A stretch of 64,000 bases of DNA from Octopus sinensis. Lineage: Eukaryota. Shown piece after piece: positions 1-10,696 of this stretch. The stretch spans positions 17,670,001 through 17,734,000 of the forward strand of contig NC_043015.1 in the NCBI RefSeq assembly GCF_006345805.1. The letters run 5' to 3'. The notes under the pieces were generated by a model. It was given only the letters and a program-made list of their open reading frames with translations. It was not told the origin of the DNA and made no database searches. The position numbers and the translations under genes are program-made. How positions within the stretch are numbered: position 1 is the stretch's first letter; every line of letters begins with the position of its first letter.

Positions 1-97
1 CAACAAATAGCTTATTTTCACTTGGCTTTTTTGAGAAAATTGTAATTTGTAAGTTTAACGTAGTTTAATTCTTCCAATTTTAACCAATGAATCGCCA

Positions 98-158
98 GTA
101 TTTGAGCTCAAATCATTTGTATTTGAGCTCAAATCATTTGTATTTGAGCTCAAATCAT
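98..158. repeat. 21-bp tandem repeat x3 (GTATTTGAGCTCAAATCATTT), each unit containing the palindrome TTTGAGCTCAAA
   Basis: Units start at 98, 119 and 140; the third is slightly truncated. Confidence 0.9.
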
Positions 159-295
159 GTATCCACCAGAAATAGTCGTGATGTGGTTGGTGGCAGCCAT
201 TTTACTGAACATGGAGGATAGAATTACTATCCTCCAAGCTAACTAGTTGCACCAACAGAACTGGTGGAGCTAAGGCCTAGAACTTATTATATAGG

Positions 296-956
296 TCACC
301 CAGAAAAAAACCTTGAAGATATACCAGACCAGGTAATTTTACCCGACGAAATCGCATTAAGAGGGGGAAAAAATTCGATGTTATAAATTTGGGCAAAAGA
401 ATTATACAAGGTCCAATTACCCACAAGGTCAACAACAAACGGTGCTCCCTCCACCCAGTAATCCCATAGAACTCGAGACTTCAGAAGAAGACATAAAGAC
501 GCTAGCCAACACATCGCCAAAAAAAAAAACCACAACGGAAACCCCAAGAGAGGAAACGAAAGAGTCCAAAAGAGACGCTCAAGAGAGTGAAGCCAACTAT
601 AATGAATGGACAGTAACCAAATAAAGACAGAAAAGAAAAATACATCCCCCACACACATTAACATCACAGACACCTATACAGCAACACCCACTACACATCA
701 ACTCCAAACACCCAGCCCAGTACCCACAAATGCAGTCATCAATATCACAGCAATTAACATAGACAGCACTATTTTAGTCGAACTCACACACAACCAACAC
801 ATCACCCCTTATACAACCCCATCAAACCCAAACATACCCGACAACATTTCATTCATTAATATAAATAATATCTCATACATAGACCTAAAAAAAGCTACCC
901 AAACGACACTGGATCCCTATAAACATCTTTTTCTAGATATCTATAATCTAAACTAA
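296..956 (+). pseudogene. Decayed C-terminal half of a Tx1/L1-type ORF1 (gag-like)
   Basis: Reading across frameshifts gives EKNLEDIPDQVILPDEIALR..GGKIRCYK, which matches the VLPDETRLRVMVEGRPPICF knuckle region of family B. It is followed by an acidic/basic linker and a Pro/Thr-rich tract, directly upstream of the endonuclease. Confidence 0.65.
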
Positions 957-1042
957 AGGGGAATACCTCACAAGCCACTACGGAAGAGGAGGGTTTACCA
1001 TCACTACTCAACGAATAAATATCGTAAGTAAATGAATTCATT

Positions 1043-2165
1043 ATGTTCTCGCTGAAGCTTGGCAGCATAAATGTGCATGACTTAGGACTGAACTGGAAGT
1101 AAGGTCGCTTCCTAAATGATCTCAGGTCACGGAACCTGGATGTAATAGTCACTAGTGAAACCAAAATGAATGGGCCACAGACTTTCTCATCCCTCCTCAA
1201 TGGCTACGAGAAATATATTTCTCAATGCCAGCCTGGGTGGGATGGATTGCGGTCTTATTTGGTAAAAATTTAGATTTAGAGATTAGAACAATCTTTGTAG
1301 ACCCGAAGGGCAGACTGGTCGTCCTTGATGTGAGGCATAGCAGCGGCAGTGCCTTCAGACTGGCAGCTGTCTATGCATCATGTGCAACTAGACAGTCTAT
1401 TTCAGACACCTAGAGAATTTCCTGTGAGCGTCACACACTTTAGTCGTAACAGGTGACTTTAACACAATCTTAGTTGTGCGTGTAGATTGTGTTGGCTCAA
1501 GTACTAATAGAAAGAGGAACCCTTGCTTCACAAATCCACTCAGTCGCTATATCTGGCTGACAGATATAGACTGAATTACTTGAACGCTCCAATGCAGACA
1601 TGGGTTAATAGCAACATATCTTCCAGGTCATACTTAGATGGGGTATTATTAGACTAGCCGACAAAAATAGTTTTAGTTATGCACAAGTCAGTATTGTCAC
1701 CTACACAAATGACACATTCGTGACCTGTTGGCTCGACTTAGATAGCCTTCCTAGATAGGGCCCCGGTTACTGGAAACTAAACAAATAACTCCTAGCCTGT
1801 AACGCTTACAGCAACCGGATTAGGGAGTTAGTCAGAGGGCATTAACAGGCACCATCTTAAATAACAACTGGTGGTACGCCCTCAAAAGAGCCATAAAATT
1901 TGAGTCAATTAGGTTTAGCAAAGAATCAGTTCTTAAGAAAAATAGAGTAGAAAGGAAATTAGGTCTCTAGAAAAGGCAATGAAGGCAAGCAGTGAAACCA
2001 ATGTGCTGGCAGCAAGGTTGGTCCTCGACCAACACCTCAATGCCAAACACGAAGGATGTATTGTCAGATCTAAGATACGCGCAATGGGACAACAGAGAAT
2101 CAATGCCGCCTGATGGACCCGAGTGGTAGAAGCTCAACATGGCAAGGATGCTACCATAAGGTCTT
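1043..2165 (+). pseudogene. Tx1/L1-clade ORF2 apurinic-type endonuclease, disrupted and 3'-truncated at a microsatellite
   Basis: Motifs LGSINVHDL, LDVIVTSETK, LVVTGDFNTIL, SYLD and GPGYWKLN are present, with multiple stops and frameshifts. Confidence 0.85.
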
Positions 2166-2167
2166 TG

Positions 2168-2232
2168 CTTGTGTGTGTGTGTATATATACATATTTATAC
2201 ATATATATATATGTATGTATATATATATATAA
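2168..2232. repeat. (TG)n/(TA)n microsatellite
   Basis: Direct reading. Confidence 0.9.
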
Positions 2233-2369
2233 CTTATAAACAAGGGCAAAAGAAAAAAATTTCTAATGCCAAATATGCCGAAAATAGACAAAGGCAATGA
2301 AGGCAATGAAAATAGACAAAGGCATATTTGGCATTAGAATTTTTTTTCTTTTGCCCTTGTTTATAAGTT
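2231..2369. repeat. Near-perfect 49-bp inverted repeat with a 41-bp spacer
   Basis: 2231-2279 is the reverse complement of 2321-2369 with one difference. Confidence 0.9.
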
Positions 2370-2464
2370 GTTTATAAATTTAACCTTTAAAGGTATTTTT
2401 TAATATGCTGGCCATTGATAGAATTTTTTTTGAAAAATTTCATCCTATATTATATAAATATATA

Positions 2465-2680
2465 TATGGATTTCGTAGACAGAAACTGAAAGAAATCAAT
2501 CGTATATATATGTACGTATATATGTAAGTATATGTGTGTCTTTCTCTCTGTGTTTCGGCCTCATCACTGCTTCACAACTGCTGTTCATTTATTTACATCC
2601 CCATAACTTACTGGTTTCAGAAGAAGAAACTAATAGAATAAATACCAGGCTTATCAACATAAAAAAGCACTAGGCTGTGT
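2465..2680 (+). mobile_element. 5'-truncated, diverged SINE body of the same family as 18829-19231
   Basis: GTAGACAGAAACTGAAAGAAA...TTTACATCCCCATAACTTA...AATAGAATAAATACCAGGCTT matches the reverse complement of 18829-19231. Confidence 0.7.
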
Positions 2681-2726
2681 CTCATATTTTTGTTTACCCA
2701 CTCAGTTGTATCTATCAATTTATATT

Positions 2727-2800
<74 letters not shown>

Positions 2801-2880
2801 TGTGTGTGTGTGTGTGTGTATATAATACACACACACGCGTGCACACATATATATACATGTATGTATATGTGCATATTCAT
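2727..2880. repeat. Compound (TA)n(TG)n microsatellite
   Basis: Direct reading. Confidence 0.95.
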
Positions 2881-3004
2881 ATCTATTATATAAAAGTCAA
2901 TGTCTTTATGTGTGTTCGTATGTTACTTATACATTTGAAAACTGCTGCACCGATCATAATGAAACGTAATGCTGTATATAGGGAGAAGCGTAATGCTGTG
3001 TGTT

Positions 3005-3510
3005 TCATACAATTTCATGGACCAAAATTACTGAATGGATCCTTATGATATTTGAAACTTAGATTCAATGCATAAGGGCGAGTATAATGCAATATGTTTG
3101 GTTTGAATTTCAGATGGCTTAAAGGGGGCAGAACCCCCATGAAAATTCATAAATTTTCAATGTTGATGAAATTTCAACCATGGGTAATTGACACATATCA
3201 AGTAGGTTTCTCAAAGTTTCCACTTCACATGAGGATTTTATGACACCCTAATGGGGGCCTTAAATCCCAAATTTTAGTCATTTCTTTTATGATCCAAAAC
3301 TACATCAAAAGTTCTGAATGGATCTTTACGAAATTTGGAAATTATATTCTATGCATAAGGGTCATAATCCCCATGACAATTCATATATTTTTGCTGTTGA
3401 TGAAATTTTAACCATAGATATTAGATATAAATGAAGTAATATTTATAAAATTTCATCTTCTTACAAGTTAGAAAGACCCCTTCATGGGGACTTAACACCC
3501 ACAATTTTGT
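3005..3510. repeat. Diverged ~280-bp tandem dimer, probably an interspersed non-autonomous DNA element
   Basis: The blocks CTGAATGGATC, ATGCATAAGGG, CCCCATGA.AATTCAT and TGTTGATGAAATTT.AACCAT each occur twice, in the same order. Confidence 0.6.
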
Positions 3511-3514
3511 CATT

Positions 3515-3804
3515 TTATCTAAGCAAAGATGAATACACCCGAGCATAGAAGACGAGCATTATTTGTAATTCAATGGTACAACAGTGTAAGAGTTTGCTTT
3601 GACATACACTTAGATTGTGATTTCTGCAATGTGCTGCATAAATTGTCAAGTAAATGAGAAGCATCTTTGCCTCCACTGATTCAGTTGCAAAGTGTTGAGT
3701 AATGTTATTTGATTGCAGATCTCTTTTCAGTCTTTTTATTATCACTGGGTCACACATAGTCCCCAGATGGTGACATTGATTTCAAGGCCTTCCCAGATGA
3801 GTGA
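3515..3804 (-). pseudogene. Candidate host-gene exon (unknown protein) with an apparent 2-bp TG slippage frameshift
   Basis: An AG acceptor lies at 3805-3806. Removing one dinucleotide from CTATGTGTGACC joins SLIWEGLEINVTIWGLC to DPVIIKRLKRDLQ...YSSLLR*. Confidence 0.25.
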
Positions 3805-5587
3805 CTGGTTATTCAAAGACATTTATAGATTGTAAATTTATTCTGTCCAGTTACGTATCAGTATCGTGGTCATTTGCAAACTCCAGAGGTGACACTTTCA
3901 TTCCTCCTTAGCCCTCACGTCACACAGTTGTTAATGTTTATTTCAGTTGGGTCACGCCCTTCCAATTGCTATAGATTCGTAATGCATCTTACGGCTGTGT
4001 CTGTCACCTGGATGGTGAGGAATCCTACATTGGGAGTGGTAATGACAAGGGTAGGGTAACTGACTGCTTATTGCGATCATTCGTCTTTTGGTTTCCTGCA
4101 GCTTTGCTATCTTTTACAAACCCAGTGAACATATATTTCCTATTTCAAAGAAATTCAAACAATAGATATAAGATCCAAGTTAAAAATATTCTCAACAATT
4201 CAACTTCTCTGATTGACATTAAGACACCTACCCCGAATAGGGGCCTTAACTCTCACATTTTAGAGCTCCATGACCTCCATTTTTCAGGAGCAAAATGCTT
4301 TTAACAGGTTCTATAAGACTGGGATTTTGGAATATGTGCATAAAAATCAGTAGTGTGGGATACATGTGGCACGATTACAATTTATTTAGGGTGTGTAAAG
4401 AGGGAAATAATCCTCATCTGCAATATTCATGAAATTCGAAACATTGGTATTCCAGTTCATTACAGAAAATATAACAGAAAAGTCTAATTCTTCAATTGCA
4501 TGTAACACAGGCAACACCGGGTATCTCTGCTAGTATAATATAAAATTTGACATAAACCTCATAATGGTAACTTCTAAGTTAGTCACAAATATCACATCCT
4601 TGAGGAGTGGACAGTCAATCAAACTGATCCCTTTCAGGCCACAATTATAATGCCGTGGAATCCTCCCTTCCACTCTAACACTTAATGTCGCTTCTCTGGT
4701 CGTGATGGTCCCCACCATGTTTTCTATGTCTTCCGGGGTCACCTCTACTACCATGTCTAGGCTCTGCCCTTGCTAGTTCCTGTGGGATGTTCTGGTAGTC
4801 TGCAGGACCACTACCCTCTCCCTGATGCCTAGTAGTATGGCAGTCACCAGCCTGGCTGCATCCACATCTAAGGGGATGTTTTTACCCTAACCCTGGAAGC
4901 ACGTCTCCTGAGGTATACGGGTAGAATCACCATTCATCAGTTTTTAACGGTGTTGCTGAGTGCAGTCTTACCCTACCCACTCTACTCCAACGACTCCCAA
5001 CTGACACCAACCCTCTTCCTACACCACCTGACATAAACACAAGAACAAACACACACGAGCCTCAAATTTCGCCACCCCGGCCCTTGGGTAAATTTGTTAT
5101 ATTGTACAATAGGCAAAAGGAACCCTAACTTTGTAATGAGATAGAGACATGGAACAGAGTCATTAAAGTGAATGTAGCAGGAGTAGTGGGGTTGTTCGAG
5201 GACATTTACTGTGCAGTGGCAGACCTAGTGTATCTTTTGAGATTGAGGAAGAAATTCACATTGATTGGTGAGCTAAGAAAATTGACATCAGTACAATGCC
5301 TAAAAGGGTAAGTTATTCCTATATTTTAAAGGAATTTAACATAGACATTTTCCCAAAAAGTGGAAATTAGGTGTTACAAATGGTATTATCAATGTTATTA
5401 TAAACTAGTGGTGTAAAAAAAGTTTCTATTGACAGGTTCAATTAAGTTGACTCGGAGGTGGGGCCGAACGGCTTCATTTCATTTTTTGTTATATGCAATT
5501 CATTCTTCCCATTCGTTTAGCTTTTTGTACCCACCTTGTACTGTCCCCACTATGTACAGTTTCCATAGTTAATGTCATAAAATAAAG

Positions 5588-7318
5588 CAGTTCACTGTGA
5601 CTGATTTATTGTTTGTTAGTTGAACTACCGCAAAACACCTGTGGTGTGCGACGTCTTTCCTCTTGTTTAATGCAAGAACATCGTGTTATGAATTACGACG
5701 ATTTAAGTTCTTCTTCTTCAGACTTCATGCCGTCTGGGAAAGAAATGGTAAAATATTTTAAAAGAATTAACGGGGAAAGGGAAACAAAAGATTATGCTGA
5801 AGCCGTAAAAGAAAAAAGTGAAGACGGAAGTCTGGAAGAATTGAGCAAGTTCTAAGAAATACTTAAAAGGGAGGGAAACGATGTGAAGGTGTTTTCCTCC
5901 AAAGAAGTTTTAAAAGAAAAAATGAGAGGACTGGATTATGCGGTGTCTACGAGAAAAATTGATGTAGTATCAGCAGCCCAAGTTGAAAAGGCGCTGAGAC
6001 CAGTCTGGCAAGGGATTTCTTACCTTGCCAGGAGAAGAAAGTATGGATTGGTGGAGGTGCCGCTTCAGGAGATAGATACCGCCAAGCTGAACTCGGCAGC
6101 GCCGTTAAAACCTGATGAAGTGGTGCTTCTACCCATATACCCTGGGAGACATGCATCCAGGATTAGGGTAGAAAAAATAGCCCTAGGAGTGCATGTAAAC
6201 TGGCTGGTGGCTGCCATACGGATATGAATGGAGGAGAGAGTTGTGGTCCTGCAGGCCACCAGAACACTCCACAGAAACTGGCAAGAGCAAAGGCTTGATA
6301 TGGTAGTACAGGTGGTCCCGGAAGACATTAAAAACACGGTGCAGACCATCACGGTCGGAGGAGTGACACTAAGAGTTAGAATAGTAGGGAGGATTCCGCG
6401 GTGCTATAATTGCGGCATGAAAGCCACATTACAGCGGATTGTACTCCACTACCTGTGAAGGCTAAAGAGAGGCACGAAAGGGAGAAAGTAGTTGGTCCTC
6501 CACTGCCCATGGAGGCTGAGGAGAAGCAAGAGAAAGAGACTGAAAGTGAACCACAGACAAAAACCAGTACCAGCGTCAAAGAAGGAGAGGTGAATACCGG
6601 CTGGGAAACGGCGGGAAAAAAAGAAGAAAAAGGGCACACGTGGTAAATGACGACACCCATCCCACACCCGACCGGCTCCCATTCATATCCACTCTACCCC
6701 AACCACTCCCTACAGGCACCAACCCTCTCCATACCCCACCTGACATAATTACAAACTCAAACACGCCGGAGCCGCAAATTTCCCCACCCAGGCCCTTGGA
6801 TAAATTTTTTATATTTGTACGATAGACAAAAAGAAGAACTTCGTAATGAGACAGAGACATGGGACGGAGCAATAGAAGTAGATGTAACAAGGGTTGAGGG
6901 TTGCCCGAGGACGTTTGCTGTGCAGTGGTGAACCCGGTGTATATTTTGAGATTGAGGAATTACGATGAAGAAATTCACTTTGACTGGTGGGTTAAAAAAA
7001 TAGCAATCAGCACAAGGCCTAAAAGGGTAAGTTATTCATATATTTAAAGGAATTCAACAAAGACATTTCCCCAAAAAAGGGGAAATTAGGTGTTACAAAT
7101 GGTATTATCAATGTTATTATAAACTAGCGGTTTGAAATAAAAAAAATTTTTTTTAATGTATTAACAGGTTCAATGAAGTCGCTCAGAAATGCGGCCAAAC
7201 GGTTTCATTTGATTTTTCATTATATTCAATTCATCCTACCTATTCGTTTTGTTTTTTGTCCCCATCTTGTGCTGTCCCCTCTATGAACGGCGTCCATAGC
7301 CAATATCATAAAACGAAG
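5588..7318 (+). mobile_element. Full-length family A unit (~1731 bp); ORF1 pseudogene from ATG ~5688 with an RRM-like region and a CCHC knuckle
   Basis: ORF track pieces 5613-5855, 5883-6227, 6228-6458 and 6410-6646 are collinear, separated by stops and one frameshift. The unit lies between two CAGTTCA(C/A)TGTGA junctions. Confidence 0.8.
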
Positions 7319-8121
7319 CAGTTCAATGTGATCGGTATCTTGTTTGTTAGTTGAACTACTGTCTGTATGAAACGCGTGTTCTAGGCTGTCCTACAGCGGT
7401 GGTGTGCGACGTCTTCACTCCTATTTAATGGGAGAGCATTGTGTTATGTTCCCCTCCAAAGATGTTTCAAAAGAAAAAAGTGAGAGGACGATTATTTACA
7501 GGACGTATGTGGTAGCAATGAGAAAAATTCTATTTCCTTAACCCACCAAAGTCAATGACTTCCCCGTAATTACTCAATCTCAAAAGAAACACCTAGTCCG
7601 CCATTGCACAGTAAATGTCCTCGAGCAACCCTCCTACACGTGTTACATCCACTATAATTGCTCTGTCCCCTGTCTCTATCTTATTACAAAGTTCTTCCTT
7701 TTGTGTATTGTACAATATAACAAATTTATCCAATGGCCATGGTGGGGAAATTTGCGGCTTCTGTTTGTTTGAGCTTGTGTTTATGTCAGGTGGGGTATGG
7801 AGAGGTTTGGTGACTGTAGGGAGTTGTTGGGGGTAGAGCGGGTGTAGCTGGCGGTCGGGTGGGTGTAGGATGGGAGTCGTCATGTACCACATGTGTTTCT
7901 CCTCTTTCTTCTTTTTCCCCGCCGTTTCCCAGCCGGTATTCACCTCCTTTTCGTCGAGGTTGGTACTGGTCTTTGTCTGTGGTGTAGTTTTAACCTCCTT
8001 CTCTTGCTTCTTTTCAGCCTCCACGAGTAGTGGATGATCAATTAGTTTTTTCCTGTCCTGCTTTGCCTTAGCCTTCATAGGTGGTGGAGGACAATACGCT
8101 CAAATGTTGCCATTCAGGCCA

Positions 8122-8350
8122 TGTTACATATTCATATCTATGTGTATACGTAGGTATACGTATGTAGAATACATCCCCACTTTTGGCACTATTTTGTTAG
8201 TAACAGTACGAACTGTGTCTAAAGTATATATGTATCACTACGCTGAATGTTGACAGTTCGTGTAACATGAAAAGTAAATAAACACGTAAAACAATAACAA
8301 TGGCTTCATATTGAGTTGTCTATCCCATCAGAACGAAACTACACATAACA
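8122..8350. mobile_element. Solo LTR (229 bp, TGTTA...TAACA) inserted in a family A copy
   Basis: Perfect 5-bp TSD GGCCA at 8117-8121 and 8351-8355. The host sequence is continuous when the insert is removed. An internal AATAAA is present. Confidence 0.85.
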
Positions 8351-8950
8351 GGCCACATTTATAACACCGCCGTATCCTCCCTTTCACTCTAACCCTTACT
8401 GTCACTTCACCGACCGTGTTGGTCGCCACCATGTTTTCAATGTTTTCCGGGGCCACCTGAACTACCATGTCAAGACTCTGCCCCTGCCAGTACCTGTGGT
8501 GTGTTCTTGTGGCCTACAGAACCACTACCCTCTACTCCATGCTTAGCAGTATGGCAGCCACCAGCCAGGCTACATTCACTTCAGGTAGGTATGTCTTCCA
8601 CTCTAAACCTGGAAGCACATCTCTCAAGATATACAGGTAAAAACACCACTTCATCAGTTTTTAACGGTGTTGCTGAGGGCAGTCTAACAGTAGCTATCTC
8701 TCGAAATGGCACCTCCATCGATCCATACTTTATTCCCCTAGCAAGTTAAGAAATCCCTTGCCAGACTGGTCTCAGTGCCTTTTCAACTTGGGCTGCTGAC
8801 ACTACTTCAATTTTTCTCGTTGCCGTCCTCTAATTTTTTTCTTCTAAACCTTCTTTGGGGTAGGAAACACCTTCACTTCGTTCCCCTCCGTTTTAATCAT
8901 TGTGCTGTCCCCTCTATGTAAGTCTTACATAGCTAATATCATAAAATAAT

Positions 8951-10696
8951 GCAGTTCACTGTGAGCTTCTGGTTTATTGTCTGTTAGTTGAACTACTATC
9001 TTTCTGTGAAATGCATGGTTTTGGCTGTCCTGCAGTGGTGGTGTGTGACGTCTACCCTCTTGTTTAATGGAAGAGCGTCGTGGCTGTGTTATGAATTGTG
9101 AAGGTTTGAGTTTTTCTTCTTCAGACTTTGTGAGGAAGAATTGGTGGAGTGTCTGAATGGAATTGACGATGATATGGAGACGGAGAATTATGCAGAGGCG
9201 GTGGAAGATAGAACCGAAGATGCAGGTTCAAGGAAATGATTAAATGGGAGGGGAATGAAGTGAAGTAGTTCCCCTCCCCAAAGAAGTTTAAAGAGAAAAA
9301 AATAAGAGGATGATTATTTACAGGACGTACGCGGTGGCAACGAGAAAAATTGAAGTAGTGTCAGCAGCTCAAGTTGAAAAGGCGCCGAGACCAGTCTGGC
9401 AAGAGATTTCCTAATTTTGCCTGGGGATGAAAGTATGGAACGGTGGAGGTGCAGATTCGGGAGATAGCTACCGCCAGAATGCACTCAGCAACACTGTTAA
9501 AAACTGATGAAGTGGTGCTTCTATCCGTATACCTTGAGAGGCGTGCTTCCAGTGTTAGGGTAGAAGAAATAGCCCCAGGAGTGCATGTAGCCTAGCTGGT
9601 GGCTGCCACACGGATATGAATGGAGAAGAGGGTTGTGGTCCTGCAGACCACCAGAACACTCCACAAGAACTGCAAGGGCAGAAACTAGACATGGTAGTAC
9701 AGGTGGTCCCCGGAAGACATTGAAAATATGGTGGAGACCATCACAGTCGATGAAGTGACAGTAAGAGTTAGAGTGGAAGGGTGGGTTCTGCAGTGCTATA
9801 ATTGTGGCCTGAATGGCAACACTTGAGTGGATTGTCCTCTACCACCTGTGAAAGCTACGGAGAAGCACGAGAGCGAAAAAGTAATTGGTCCTCCACTACC
9901 TGAGGAGGATGAAGAGAAGCACGGGGAGGAGACTGAAAGTGCACCACAGACAAAAAACAGTACCAGCTTCGAATAATAGGAGGTGAATACCGGCTAGGAA
10001 ACGGCAAGAAAAAAAAAGAAGAAAGAGGAGACAGATGGCACACGTAGTAAATAACGTCTACCGTCCCAAAGCCACCCGGATCCCACCCATACCCACTCTA
10101 CCCACAACCACTCCCTACAGACACCAACCGTCTCCATACCCCATCTGATATAAACACAAGCACAAACATACAGGAGCCACAAATTTCCCCACCTTGGCCC
10201 TTGGATAAATTTTTTATATTGTACAATAGACAAAAGGAAGAACTTTGTAATGAGACAGAGACATGGGACAGAGCTAAGTAACAGGAGTAGTGGGGTTGTC
10301 CAGGAACATTTATTGTGCGGTAGATGTAGCCAGGCTGCTGGCTGCGATACTGCTAGACCCAGAGTATCTTTTGAGATTGAGGAATTACGAGGAAGAAATT
10401 CACTTTGATTGATGGGTAAGTTATTCACATATTTTACAGGAATTTAAACATAGACATTTTCCAAAATAAGTGGAAATTAGTTGTTATGATGGTATTATCA
10501 ATGTTATTATAAACTAGAGGTGTAAAAGAAAGTTTGTATTAACAGGTTCAATGAAGTTGCTCAGACGTGGGGCCGATCGGCTTTATTTCATTTTCTATTA
10601 TATTCAATTCATCCTTCTCATTCGTTTTGTTTTTTGACCCCACTTTGTGCTGTGCCCTCAACGTGCGGCTTCAATAGCGAATATCATAAAATAAAG
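8951..10696 (+). mobile_element. Second full-length family A unit (~1746 bp), decayed ORF1
   Basis: Collinear with 5588-7318 and has the same 5' and 3' junction motifs. Confidence 0.8.

Noticed and set aside
2617-3048. ORFs with HT, CV and YI repeats
   Set aside because: These are translations of microsatellites.
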